The translations under genes were made by a program, and so were the position numbers. From Lachnospiraceae bacterium (lineage in GTDB: Bacteria > Bacillota > Clostridia > Lachnospirales > Lachnospiraceae), in the NCBI GenBank assembly GCA_017621075.1, contig JAGATV010000032.1, positions 11,382-75,381 on the forward strand: a stretch of 64,000 bases of DNA. Reading direction: 5' to 3'. Of the stretch, positions 17,919-27,850 are shown one piece after another (position 1 is the first letter of the stretch; the number at the start of each line of letters is the position of its first letter). The notes below the pieces were generated by a model. The model saw nothing but the letters and a program-made list of their open reading frames with translations, had not been told where the DNA came from and made no database searches.

Positions 17919-19751
17919 ATGAAATTTTTATTAGTGGCAATCAATGCAAAGTACATACATTCCAATCCTGCCATTTACAGCCTGAAGGCGTTCGTGGGTA
18001 GCAAAGCAGGCCGAGAGGTGGAACTGGCGGAGTATACCATCAACCAGTATTCCAGAGAAATCCTGGCGGATATCTACCATAGAAAGCCGGATGCGGTAGG
18101 GTTTTCCTGCTATATCTGGAATTGGGACATGGTGCGGGAGCTTTTGCCGGAGCTGCCAAAGGTCCTGCCGGGCGTAAAGCTCTGGCTGGGCGGTCCGGAG
18201 GTCTCCTTTGATGCGGATAAGATATTAAGGGAATTTCCTCAACTGTCTGGCATCATGATAGGGGAAGGGGAACAGACTTTCAAGGAGCTTTTGGCGTATT
18301 ACAGTGCAGAAGCCTCCGAAGAAACTTTGGGAGAAACCGCCGGAGTGCAGGATTGTGCTCTGGAAAGGATCCGGGGCCTGTGCCTGCCCGGAGGGTATAC
18401 CCCGCCGAGAGAACTGACAAATATGTCAGAAACACCTTTCCTGTATGAGGATATGAAGCCTTTTGCCAACAGGATCCTTTATTATGAGTCTGCCCGGGGC
18501 TGCCCTTACAGATGCAGCTATTGCCTGTCTGCCATCGATAGGAAAGTGCGTCTTAGAGATATGGACATTGTGAGGAAGGAACTGCAATTCTTCCTGGACA
18601 GCAGGGTGCCCCAGGTAAAGTTTGTGGACAGGACGTTTAATTGTGACCATCAGCATGCCATGGAGGTGTGGCAGTATCTGTACGAGCATGACAATGGTGT
18701 CACAAATTTTCATTTTGAGATTTCGGCCGATATCCTGCGGGAGGATGAACTACAGTTGTTACAAAAGCTGCGTCCCGGACTGGTCCAATTGGAGATCGGT
18801 GTGCAGTCGGCCAATCCAAGGACCATAGCGGCCATCAACCGTGTGATGGATCTGGACAGGCTTGCCGGGATCGTGGCAAGGATCAGGGAAGGGCGCAATA
18901 TCCATCAGCATCTGGATCTGATCGCAGGACTTCCCTTTGAGGATTATGAAAGCTTTGGCAGATCCTTTGACCGGGTTTATGCCATGGGGCCGGATCAGTT
19001 GCAGCTGGGATTCTTAAAAGTGCTGAAGGGCTCTCCCATGCATGACAAAGCAGAAGAGTACGGTATCTGTTATCTGGACAGGCCCCCGTATGAGGTGCTT
19101 TCCACCCGCTGGCTTTCCTATAAGGATATTCTGAGACTGAAGCAGGTGGAGGAAATGGTAGAACTGTACTATAACAGCAATCAGTTCACCCATACCCTGC
19201 CCTTTTTGGAGCGACTGTTTTCTTCGCCCTTTGCCATGTTCGAGGCCCTTGCGGGATTTTATGAAAGAACAGGCCGGGCTGTGGGCAGTTCCGCCAGGGT
19301 GTACCGCTATCAGGCATTATTGGATTTTGCAAAGGAGCAGGACAATGCAAACGAGGCGGCGTACCGGGAGCTTCTGACGTATGATCTGTACCTTCGGGAA
19401 AAGTTAAAGAGCAGGCCGGAGTTTGCCGGGGACCTGAACGCTCCTTGGGTGAAAGTTGCCATCCGGGACTTTTATAAGGAAGAAGAAAGAACGCACAGGT
19501 TCCTCCCCGGTTATGAGGGCTATGACTGGCGGCAGCTTGGCAAGATGACGCACTTAGAGCCTTTTTGGCACCCTGTCTGGAATCCCAAGGACATGGAAAA
19601 GCAGCAGCCGGCACAGCATCCTTTGGCATACATTCTTTTTGATTACCGCAGCAAAAGTCCTCTTACGGGAGAGGCGGCAGTTTCGGTAATTTCCTGGGAG
19701 GAAATGCAGAGCATGAAAGAAGACACGGGACGTTCCCGGAACGGAGAGTAA
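17919..19751 (+). CDS. B12-binding domain radical SAM protein (DUF4080-type C-terminus)
   Basis: GFSCYIWN..GGPEV B12 domain; CPYRCSYC motif. Confidence 0.9.
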   Translation: MKFLLVAINAKYIHSNPAIYSLKAFVGSKAGREVELAEYTINQYSREILADIYHRKPDAVGFSCYIWNWDMVRELLPELPKVLPGVKLWLGGPEVSFDADKILREFPQLSGIMIGEGEQTFKELLAYYSAEASEETLGETAGVQDCALERIRGLCLPGGYTPPRELTNMSETPFLYEDMKPFANRILYYESARGCPYRCSYCLSAIDRKVRLRDMDIVRKELQFFLDSRVPQVKFVDRTFNCDHQHAMEVWQYLYEHDNGVTNFHFEISADILREDELQLLQKLRPGLVQLEIGVQSANPRTIAAINRVMDLDRLAGIVARIREGRNIHQHLDLIAGLPFEDYESFGRSFDRVYAMGPDQLQLGFLKVLKGSPMHDKAEEYGICYLDRPPYEVLSTRWLSYKDILRLKQVEEMVELYYNSNQFTHTLPFLERLFSSPFAMFEALAGFYERTGRAVGSSARVYRYQALLDFAKEQDNANEAAYRELLTYDLYLREKLKSRPEFAGDLNAPWVKVAIRDFYKEEERTHRFLPGYEGYDWRQLGKMTHLEPFWHPVWNPKDMEKQQPAQHPLAYILFDYRSKSPLTGEAAVSVISWEEMQSMKEDTGRSRNGE

Positions 19752-19752
19752 G

Positions 19753-20454
19753 ATGACGGATACTTATGTGTGTATAGATCTGGAGACTACGGGGCTTAAT
19801 CCCAAACTGGACAAGATCATAGAGATCGGCGCCGTGAAAGTGATACAGGGACAGGCAGCGGCCCGGTATTCCACTTATGTGAATCCGGGAAGGAAGCTGG
19901 AAGAGCGGATCACATTACTTACGGGGATTCGGGATGAAGATCTTTCAGGGGCCCCTTATATTGAAGAGGTGCTTCCCGGGGTGCTGGAATTTTTGGAAGA
20001 TCTGCCCCTTTTGGGACACAGCATCCTGTTTGATTATTCTTTTTTGAAAAAGGCGGCGGTGGATAAAAAACTGACTTTTGCCAAACAGGGTATCGACACG
20101 TTAAAGATCGCCAGAAAATACCTGGCATCCTTGGAACACAGGAGTCTGGATTATCTCTGCGGGTATTATCGGATTCCCCACAAGGCTCACCGGGCCCTGG
20201 AAGATGCAGAAGCGACCTGTGCCCTTTACAGGAAGCTGACAGAACAGTTTTATCAAGAGGAGGAAGGGCTGTTTCGCCCGGAGGAGCTGGTCTTTCACAT
20301 CAAGAGGGATACTCCGGCTACCAAAGCGCAAAAAGAAAGGTTATATCGTCTGGTGGAGCAGCATAAGATTACTTTAGAGGCGGAAGTAGAACGGCTTACC
20401 CGAAGTGAGGCAAGCCGTATCACAGATAAGATTCTTGCAACGTACGGACGATGA
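19753..20454 (+). CDS. DEDDh 3'-5' exonuclease (DnaQ/PolC-like)
   Basis: DLETTG, GHSILFD, HRALEDA. Confidence 0.9.
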   Translation: MTDTYVCIDLETTGLNPKLDKIIEIGAVKVIQGQAAARYSTYVNPGRKLEERITLLTGIRDEDLSGAPYIEEVLPGVLEFLEDLPLLGHSILFDYSFLKKAAVDKKLTFAKQGIDTLKIARKYLASLEHRSLDYLCGYYRIPHKAHRALEDAEATCALYRKLTEQFYQEEEGLFRPEELVFHIKRDTPATKAQKERLYRLVEQHKITLEAEVERLTRSEASRITDKILATYGR

Positions 20455-21028
20455 CATTCCTGTTGGCAGAGCGCAGGGTCTGTGCAGTGTCTGCAAGGGT
20501 CCGGATGCGGGAAGTTTCGCCCCTGTCCCGGTAAGCTTCGGCCAGCTTGTAGTAGGTCTGGCTGATGTCGGTGTGGGTCTCTACGGCGAATTCCATCAGA
20601 GGAAGGGCTTCTTCCCGATAGCCTGCTTCCCAGAGCCGGTCCGCCCACTTTTGCAGGGTGCGGACCAACAGGGTATAATTTTGGTCATAATCGGCCAGGA
20701 TGTCCAGATTGGCGGCGCCGTATTCCAGCTTCAGATCGGTGTTGGTAAGTCCTGTAAAATTTACGATCTTTTGCTGGGACAAGGTATTCAGGATGCGGAT
20801 GCATTCGGCCACGGTCTCGTCGGAGGGCATGAGATTTGTGGGAAAGCTTTCCAGAGGGATCCGGATATAATCCAGATCATCCAGGGGTTTGCGTCTTGTG
20901 GCATTGGCCTGACGCTCTTTTTCCCAAAAACTCTTTTCCCTGGATTCCTGTTTCCTGCCCTGGCGGCGGATGGCTCTGGTGAATACCAGGACAAAGATAA
21001 TAAAACTTGCAAAAATGGGGAATTTCAT
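20420..21028 (-). CDS. Hypothetical membrane-anchored helical/TPR-like protein
   Basis: N-terminal TM; AAGGA RBS; helical C-terminus. Confidence 0.75.
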   Translation of the reverse strand: MKFPIFASFIIFVLVFTRAIRRQGRKQESREKSFWEKERQANATRRKPLDDLDYIRIPLESFPTNLMPSDETVAECIRILNTLSQQKIVNFTGLTNTDLKLEYGAANLDILADYDQNYTLLVRTLQKWADRLWEAGYREEALPLMEFAVETHTDISQTYYKLAEAYRDRGETSRIRTLADTAQTLRSANRNVIVRTLQESYL

Positions 21029-21099
21029 ATATAATATCCTTTCAGAGTTTGTGCAAAAGTGATGTCAACGGCCGCACCTGCGGCAGATAGGAGTCAACT

Positions 21100-21207
21100 A
21101 TGTTCAATATGAATAGCAAAAAGACAAAACAGCGGATTTCTGCAGCAATCATCGTTATTTTGGTAATTGCTATGGTTGTACCTACTTTATCATATATTTT
21201 CTATTAA
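21100..21207 (+). CDS. 35-aa single-TM miniprotein (Prli42/DUF4044-like)
   Basis: AGGAG RBS; MFNMNSKKTKQRISAAIIVILVIAMVVPTLSYIFY. Confidence 0.6.
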   Translation: MFNMNSKKTKQRISAAIIVILVIAMVVPTLSYIFY

Positions 21208-21251
21208 TTCAATTCGGGAAGGAATAGAAAATCATCAAGACGGAGTGTATT

Positions 21252-22727
21252 ATGAAAAAAATCTGGAGTAAAGGGTGCAGAGGTGCCCTGTTGTTTGCCA
21301 TAGTCCTTTTTTGGGGGATGACCGTGCAGGCAGGGAATGCAGATACCATCAAGACGGGAGTCTATGCGGACGGTATCGACCTGTCCGGCAAGACGGAGGC
21401 GGAGGCCACCGCTGCCATCGAAGAGTATGTGGAAGGGTTGAAGCAGACGCAGATCACGCTGCTTGCGGCGGACAATAAAGAAGTGACGGTCACTGCGGAA
21501 CAACTGGGGATCAGTTGGGAAAATCCGGAGCTGGTAAAAGAGGCTTTGGAAATCGGCACTCACGGCAATGTGATTGAAAGATATAAACTTTTGAAGGATC
21601 TGGAGCATGAGGGTGCCGTGCTGGATGTAGAGCTTGCATATGATGTCCAGGCAATCAATGCCATCCTGACCGAAAAGTGTGTAAAATATGATAAAAAGGC
21701 TGTCAATGTATCCCTGAAAAGGGAAAATGGCCAGTTTCAGGTAGTGGCGGGACAGACCGGGTATGTGCTGGATGTGGAAGCATCCATCGACAGCATATAT
21801 GATTACCTTATGGAGGAATGGGACGGCCAGCCCTGTACCATTGCCCTTGATGTGGTGGTGGATGAGCCGAAGGGCAGTGCTGAAGAATTGGCCCAGGTAA
21901 AGGATGTGCTGGGAACTTTCACCACTTCTTACAAAACTTCCGGATCTTCCAGAAGTGCCAATGTCCAAAACGGCGCCAAACTGATCGACGGAACCACGCT
22001 GTATCCCGGAGAAGAATTTTCCACTTATGAAGCGGTATCGCCTTTTTCGGAGGCAAACGGCTATTATATGGCAGGTTCCTATCTGAACGGAAAGGTGGTA
22101 GACAGTCTGGGCGGGGGAATCTGCCAGGTATCTACCACGCTGTATAATGCGGTGCTGTTAGCTGAGCTGGATGTGACGGAGCGCCACAATCATTCCATGA
22201 TCGTGACGTATGTAGATCCTTCTGCAGATGCGGCGATCGCCGAGAGTGCCGGAAAGGATTTCTGCTTCGTGAACAACACGGAAGCGCCTGTTTATATTGA
22301 AGGGTATACCACAAGTGACAAAAAGATCGTTTTTAATATTTACGGCAAGGAAACCAGAGACCCCGGGCGGAAGGTCCGCTATGAAAGTGAAGTTTTAGAG
22401 ACCATCCAGCCTGCTGCCGATAAGATCTATGCGGATGCGGGACAGCCCATTGGCTATATTGTGGCGGAAGGCGCCCATGTGGGTTATAAGGCAAGGCTGT
22501 GGAAGGTTGTGACAGAGAACGGCAAAGAGGTAAGCCGTACTCAGGTGAACAGCAGTAGTTACAAAATGTCCCCCCGGAGTGCAACCGTAGGCGTTGCCAC
22601 CACAGACCCTCATGCACAGGAACAGATCATGGCGGCCATCGGAACCTCCAATATTGATCATGTAAGGAATGTGATCGCAGCACTTACCGCACCACCCGCA
22701 TCGGAGCATGAAGAAGAGGACGAATAG
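21252..22727 (+). CDS. VanW family protein (PG-binding + VanW + G5-like)
   Basis: Signal peptide; GGGICQVSTTLYNA, ERHNHS. Confidence 0.9.
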   Translation: MKKIWSKGCRGALLFAIVLFWGMTVQAGNADTIKTGVYADGIDLSGKTEAEATAAIEEYVEGLKQTQITLLAADNKEVTVTAEQLGISWENPELVKEALEIGTHGNVIERYKLLKDLEHEGAVLDVELAYDVQAINAILTEKCVKYDKKAVNVSLKRENGQFQVVAGQTGYVLDVEASIDSIYDYLMEEWDGQPCTIALDVVVDEPKGSAEELAQVKDVLGTFTTSYKTSGSSRSANVQNGAKLIDGTTLYPGEEFSTYEAVSPFSEANGYYMAGSYLNGKVVDSLGGGICQVSTTLYNAVLLAELDVTERHNHSMIVTYVDPSADAAIAESAGKDFCFVNNTEAPVYIEGYTTSDKKIVFNIYGKETRDPGRKVRYESEVLETIQPAADKIYADAGQPIGYIVAEGAHVGYKARLWKVVTENGKEVSRTQVNSSSYKMSPRSATVGVATTDPHAQEQIMAAIGTSNIDHVRNVIAALTAPPASEHEEEDE

Positions 22728-22730
22728 GAT

Positions 22731-23756
22731 ATGAACGAGGGCAAAGTATCGGAAAATGTGTTGAAGCATTCCATATTGCATCAGATTCATACAAAGTGTG
22801 ATGAAGTATTAAATGGCGCAGGCATAGGGGAAGACTGCGCCGTTTTTGCGCTTTCCGATAACGAGGTGCTGGCATCCTGCGCCAGGGAGGCCGCAGTCGC
22901 GGTACAGGCGGATATGGATCCGGCAGGCGCCCCTAGGGATACGGTAACCATGGCACATTTGATCCAAAAGTGTGTCAATAACCTTGCGGCGGGCGGTGCG
23001 AGACCCATAGCCGCCATCATCACCCTGCTTTTGCCCGGGGAGACCGAGCCGGAGACAGTGCGGAAACTGATGGCAGAGGCAGAAGGCGCCTGCGCCGCCC
23101 TGTCCATGCAGATCGCAGGAGGACAGACCAGGGTTACAAGAGCGGTTACGGTTCCTTATGCAGTGGTCACGGGCTATGGGAAAGCGCCCAGGGAAGGCAG
23201 ACCTTCTTTGAGAAAGGTAAAGCCCGGGCAGGATATTGTGTTGAGCAAGTGGATCGGGCTGGAAGGGACGTCTGTGCTGGCAAGACATCGTAAAGCGGAG
23301 CTGCTTGCCAGATACCCTGCGTATCTGGCGGAGGATGCAGGTGCTTTTGACAAGTATCTGTCCGTGATACCGGAGGCCGCCACCGCCATGGGGTCCGGCG
23401 TGTGCGCCATGCATGATGCTTCCGAGGGCGGGATCTTCGGGGCTCTTTGGGAGTTTGCACAGGGAGCAGGCGTTGGACTTACCATAGACTTAAAAAAGAT
23501 CCCTCTGCGGCAGGAGACAGTGGAGATCTGTGAATGCTGCGGCATCAATCCCTACGAACTTTTGTCGGGCGGGTGCCTGATCATGGCTGCCGAAGACGGA
23601 AAGGCATTGGTACAGGCGCTGAATGCAGAGGGGATCGCAGCATCTGTCATCGGCAGGACTACGGACAAAAAGGACCGGGTGATCTGCAATGAGGAGGAAG
23701 TGCGTTATATGGAACGGCCCAAGACGGATGAGATCTACAAGATCTGTGAAGGGTAG
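22731..23756 (+). CDS. AIR synthase/HypE-like family protein
   Basis: GAGIGEDCA, MHDASEGG, PYELLSGG. Confidence 0.8.
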   Translation: MNEGKVSENVLKHSILHQIHTKCDEVLNGAGIGEDCAVFALSDNEVLASCAREAAVAVQADMDPAGAPRDTVTMAHLIQKCVNNLAAGGARPIAAIITLLLPGETEPETVRKLMAEAEGACAALSMQIAGGQTRVTRAVTVPYAVVTGYGKAPREGRPSLRKVKPGQDIVLSKWIGLEGTSVLARHRKAELLARYPAYLAEDAGAFDKYLSVIPEAATAMGSGVCAMHDASEGGIFGALWEFAQGAGVGLTIDLKKIPLRQETVEICECCGINPYELLSGGCLIMAAEDGKALVQALNAEGIAASVIGRTTDKKDRVICNEEEVRYMERPKTDEIYKICEG

Positions 23757-23812
23757 AAGAAAATGATACGGTGCCGGAATTCCTGCAGGGAAACGGCACA
23801 GAAGGAGAGAAT

Positions 23813-24295
23813 ATGAGAGAAGAATTATTGACCATTATCGAGAAGAACAGCCGCATTGATTTAAAAGAGCTGGCAGTGATCCTTGGTGTAGAGGAAATTG
23901 ACATTGTAAATGAAATAGCAGCCATGGAGGCAGAGGGCGTGATCTGCGGATACCACACGCTGATCAACTGGGATAAGACCTCCGTTGACAAGGTGACTGC
24001 ACTGATCGAAGTGCGCGTAACGCCCCAGAAGGGACAAGGCTTTGACATCATTGCGGAGAAGATCTACAGATATCCTGAGGTCCGCAGTGTGTATCTGATT
24101 TCCGGCGGATATGACCTGATGGTGATCCTGGAGGGTAAGACCCTGAGAGAAGTATCTACCTTTGTATCCGAAAAACTGTCCGCACTGGATACCGTGATCA
24201 GTACCGCCACCCACTTCATCCTGAAGAAATATAAGGATCACGGCACTGTTTTCAAAACAAAATCAGACGATGAAAGAGAGATGATCACCCCATGA
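23813..24295 (+). CDS. Lrp/AsnC family regulator (YugG-like)
   Basis: HTH + YLISGGYDL AsnC domain; upstream of aminotransferase. Confidence 0.88.
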   Translation: MREELLTIIEKNSRIDLKELAVILGVEEIDIVNEIAAMEAEGVICGYHTLINWDKTSVDKVTALIEVRVTPQKGQGFDIIAEKIYRYPEVRSVYLISGGYDLMVILEGKTLREVSTFVSEKLSALDTVISTATHFILKKYKDHGTVFKTKSDDEREMITP

Positions 24296-25467
24296 GAAAT
24301 CCGTTAGCTGATAAAGTTGTGGACATTAAACCATCGGGTATCCGCAAGTTCTTTGACATCGTAAGCGAGATGGAGGACGCTATCTCTTTAGGCGTTGGTG
24401 AACCCGATTTTGACACCCCCTGGCATATCCGTGCAGAGGGTATCAATTCCCTGGAAAAGGGAAAGACTTTTTATACATCCAATTCCGGTCTGATAGAGCT
24501 GCGCCGGGAAATCTGTAACTATATGAAAAGAAGGCAGGGCATCACTTATGACCCGGCCCATGAAGTGTTGATCACCGTGGGCGGTTCCGAGGCCATCGAT
24601 ATCGGGTTGAGAGCCATGCTGAATCCCGGGGATGAAGTGTTGATCCCCCAGCCCAGCTATGTATCTTACGAACCTTGTGCCGTGCTGGCCGGCGGCACTC
24701 CTGTTATTATCAATTTAAAGGCAGAGAACGAGTTCCGGCTCACCGCCAAGGAACTGGAGGATGCGATCACCGACAGGACCAAGGTACTGATCCTTCCCTT
24801 CCCCAACAACCCCACCGGCGCCATCATGGAAAGAAAGGATCTGGAGGCCATTGCGGAAATTGTTATCAAACATGACATATTTGTCATGTCTGATGAGATC
24901 TACTCCGAGCTTACATACAAGGAGGAACATGTATCCATAGCAAGCCTGCCCGGCATGCAGGAGAGGACTGTCGTGATCAACGGTTTCTCCAAGGCGTATG
25001 CCATGACGGGATGGAGGCTGGGCTATGCCTGCGGTCCCAGGGTCATCTTAGAGCAGATGACCAAGATCCATCAGTTTGCCATCATGTGCGCACCCACCAC
25101 CAGCCAGTATGCAGCAGTGGATGCTCTGAGGAACGGCGACGAGGATATCAGGATGATGCGGGACTCCTACAATCAGCGCAGACGTTTTCTGATGAATGCT
25201 TTCCGCCAGATGGGCTTAGAGTGCTTCGAGCCTTACGGCGCATTTTATGTATTTCCCTGTATCAAAGAATTTGGCATGACCAGTGACGAGTTTGCCACCA
25301 GATTTTTGGAGGAGGAAAAGGTCGCTGCCGTACCCGGTACTGCTTTTGGAGACTGCGGCGAGGGCTTTCTTCGTATTTCCTACGCTTACTCTTTGGAGAA
25401 GCTGAAGATCGCCATCGGCAGACTGGAACATTTTGTGAAGAGATTGCGGGCCGAGCAGGGGAGATAA
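24292..25467 (+). CDS. Class I/II PLP aminotransferase (YugH-like)
   Basis: PSGIRKFFD, PNNPTG, DEIY, SKAYAMTGWRLG. Confidence 0.92.
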   Translation: MRNPLADKVVDIKPSGIRKFFDIVSEMEDAISLGVGEPDFDTPWHIRAEGINSLEKGKTFYTSNSGLIELRREICNYMKRRQGITYDPAHEVLITVGGSEAIDIGLRAMLNPGDEVLIPQPSYVSYEPCAVLAGGTPVIINLKAENEFRLTAKELEDAITDRTKVLILPFPNNPTGAIMERKDLEAIAEIVIKHDIFVMSDEIYSELTYKEEHVSIASLPGMQERTVVINGFSKAYAMTGWRLGYACGPRVILEQMTKIHQFAIMCAPTTSQYAAVDALRNGDEDIRMMRDSYNQRRRFLMNAFRQMGLECFEPYGAFYVFPCIKEFGMTSDEFATRFLEEEKVAAVPGTAFGDCGEGFLRISYAYSLEKLKIAIGRLEHFVKRLRAEQGR

Positions 25468-25469
25468 CT

Positions 25470-25964
25470 ATGCACATTGTCTTACATCAGCCGGAAATTC
25501 CGGCAAATACAGGAAATATTGGGCGGACCTGCGTCGCTACGGGGACCGGACTGCACCTGATCGAACCATTGGGCTTCCGATTAAACGAAAAGGAGATCAA
25601 GCGTGCCGGAATGGATTATTGGGAGCATCTGGATGTGACCCGTTATGTGAATTTTGAGGAATTCAAGGACAAGCATCCGGGGGCAAAGATCTGGATGGCC
25701 ACCACCAAAGCAAAGCAATCCTACACGGACGTGGCTTTCGGACCGGATGATTTTATCATGTTCGGCAAGGAAAGTGCCGGCATTCCGGAGGAAATCCTGG
25801 TAGAGAATGAAAAGAATTGTATCCGTATCCCCATGCTGCCAACCATCCGCTCCCTGAATCTGTCCAATTCCGTGGCGATCGTGCTGTATGAAGCCCTGCG
25901 CCAGAACGGGTTTGACGGTATGCAGACGGAAGGGGAACTTCACAGGCTGCATTGGAGCGAATAA
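25470..25964 (+). CDS. trmL: tRNA (cytidine/uridine-34-2'-O)-methyltransferase
   Basis: PEIPANTGNIGR, RAGMDYW, FGKESAG, RSLNLSN SPOUT motifs. Confidence 0.93.
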   Translation: MHIVLHQPEIPANTGNIGRTCVATGTGLHLIEPLGFRLNEKEIKRAGMDYWEHLDVTRYVNFEEFKDKHPGAKIWMATTKAKQSYTDVAFGPDDFIMFGKESAGIPEEILVENEKNCIRIPMLPTIRSLNLSNSVAIVLYEALRQNGFDGMQTEGELHRLHWSE

Positions 25965-25994
25965 GAGAAATAGTATTTGTAAAGGGGAAGAAAA

Positions 25995-26147
25995 ATGAAG
26001 AAGCCTTATGGTGTCGGGATCATGTTTGGAACCTATATCGCATGGAACATCCGGAGAGCCTTAAAGAAACATTATGAGGAAAATTTTGCAGGACAGGAGG
26101 ACACCAGGGAGATCTGGTACACTTCCGATACAAAAGATTTGAAATAG
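25995..26147 (+). CDS. 50-aa small ORF or gene remnant
   Basis: AAAGGGG RBS; MKKPYGVGIMFGTYIAWNIRRALKKHYEENF...; fills trmL to gamma-CA gap. Confidence 0.4.
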   Translation: MKKPYGVGIMFGTYIAWNIRRALKKHYEENFAGQEDTREIWYTSDTKDLK

Positions 26148-26176
26148 CAGGCCGGGTAAAAAGGAGAACTTTTTTT

Positions 26177-26671
26177 ATGAAGATCGCAGAATCTGCATTT
26201 ATAGCACCCGGAGCCATCGTGTTGGGCGATGTGACCGTGGGGGAGGACGTGGGGATCTGGTATCATGCAACCGTCCGGGGAGACCGGGCGCCCATTGTTA
26301 TCGGAAAAGGCAGCAATATTCAGGATAATTGCGTGGTGCATGTGGAAAAAGAGTACCCGGTGGCCATCGGGGAAAATGTGACCATCGGGCATGGAGCCAT
26401 CCTTCATGGCTGTACCATCGGGGACAATTCCCTGATCGGTATGGGTGCCATTTTGATGAACGGCAGCGTCATCGGTAAAAATTGCATCGTAGGTGCGGGC
26501 GCACTGGTGACAGGGGGTACTGTGGTGCCGGATCACTCCCTGATCCTGGGGAATCCCGCCAAAGTAAAGCGCAAGATCACCCCAAAGGAGCTGGAAGCCA
26601 ATCTGCACAATGCAGCTCTTTATGTGGAGGAAGCCCGTCATTTTCTGGTGGGGACGATTTCCAGCCAGTAG
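26177..26671 (+). CDS. Gamma carbonic anhydrase family protein
   Basis: Hexapeptide repeats, NIQDNCVVH, IGHGAILHGC. Confidence 0.9.
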   Translation: MKIAESAFIAPGAIVLGDVTVGEDVGIWYHATVRGDRAPIVIGKGSNIQDNCVVHVEKEYPVAIGENVTIGHGAILHGCTIGDNSLIGMGAILMNGSVIGKNCIVGAGALVTGGTVVPDHSLILGNPAKVKRKITPKELEANLHNAALYVEEARHFLVGTISSQ

Positions 26672-27003
26672 CCGTCGGGGTCCTGAATGAAGTAGATTCC
26701 CATGGAAGGATTTTCAAAGCAGATACAGCCCATTTCTTCATGATGCTTATGGGCGGCTTCAAAATCATCTACACGAAAAGCAAGATGAAATTCACATTCG
26801 CCCAGGTCATATTGGCCTGGGTGATCTTTTAGCCAGGTCAGTTCCAGAGCAAAGTCGCTTTCCTCATTTCCCATAAACACAATGGTAAAGTTTTCCTTTT
26901 CGTTGCGGCGGATCTCGTGAAGCCCCAGTGCCTCTTCATAGAAGGCGATGGAGCGCTCCAGATCGGCTACGTTGTAATTTTCATGGACCATCTTAAATTT
27001 CAT
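26638..27003 (-). CDS. Lactoylglutathione lyase / VOC family
   Basis: HENYNVADLERSIAFY..LELT..HLAF..FIQDPDGYWLEI. Confidence 0.88.
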   Translation of the reverse strand: MKFKMVHENYNVADLERSIAFYEEALGLHEIRRNEKENFTIVFMGNEESDFALELTWLKDHPGQYDLGECEFHLAFRVDDFEAAHKHHEEMGCICFENPSMGIYFIQDPDGYWLEIVPTRK

Positions 27004-27049
27004 GTCTGTTACCTCTCTTATCTGTTTATTTTGTTTGTGTGTGGCAGTT

Positions 27050-27802
27050 TTATGCCTGTGATGGGGTGTCCTCTGTGATCCGGGTGTTTTCTGTAGTCCC
27101 GGCGGCTTCCGTGTCCTGTATGAGCCCCTTGTACTCAGGATATTCCTGCAGGAACTTTTGGATGATTTCCGATTTGCCCCAATAGTGCATGGGATACACA
27201 TACATTACTTTGATCTTTTTCAGGAAATAGAGGATTCCCTTCGCATAATCCTTTTCCTGTCTGGGGTCTAACGGCAGGAAGGCCACATCTACCTTACTGC
27301 CCTGCAACAGGTCACGCTGCAGCAGGTCGATCTCATGACGGTAACTGCCTGTCATCTGGCGGTTATACTGTTCTGTCTCTTCCGCCCATGCCCAGTCATT
27401 CAGGTCCCCGGCATGGTAGAGTATCCCTTCCTTACATTGCAACAGAAAGGCCACACCCGCATCGGTGGACTGCAGGGTCTTTAAGGTGGCGCCACAGGGC
27501 AGATCGTAAGTCTGGTGAAAGGTGACTTTGAGTATATTCACGCCCACAGGGTATTTCCTTTCAGAAATATCTTTGGACAATACTGCGGTGATATCCTCCA
27601 TTCCCAATGTCTTCAGCTTTGTAAAGATTTCAGGATTGTAATGATCTCTGTGGCTGTGGCTGGCAAATACCAGGATAGGTTTCTCTGGGATGAGCGGTGG
27701 GAGTTTTCCCATGTAATAATCGAACAGATAATAGCATTCTTTTGTCTCTGCCAAAAAGCCGCTGTGACAGATATAAGTGATCTCAAAGCCGGAAACTGTC
27801 AT
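27050..27802 (-). CDS. MBL-fold metallo-hydrolase
   Basis: SHSHRDH, YHAGD, PMHY. Confidence 0.88.
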   Translation of the reverse strand: MTVSGFEITYICHSGFLAETKECYYLFDYYMGKLPPLIPEKPILVFASHSHRDHYNPEIFTKLKTLGMEDITAVLSKDISERKYPVGVNILKVTFHQTYDLPCGATLKTLQSTDAGVAFLLQCKEGILYHAGDLNDWAWAEETEQYNRQMTGSYRHEIDLLQRDLLQGSKVDVAFLPLDPRQEKDYAKGILYFLKKIKVMYVYPMHYWGKSEIIQKFLQEYPEYKGLIQDTEAAGTTENTRITEDTPSQA

Positions 27803-27850
27803 AAAGCTACCCTCCTAAAACTGTCTTTAGTGTACCACATTTTAAGGGAG

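Noticed and set aside
21252-22727. VanW as a vancomycin-resistance cluster
   Set aside because: No vanHAX or vanRS genes; VanW-domain proteins are common envelope proteins.
22731-23756. Hydrogenase maturation locus
   Set aside because: No other hyp or hydrogenase genes and no HypE C-terminal PRIC motif.
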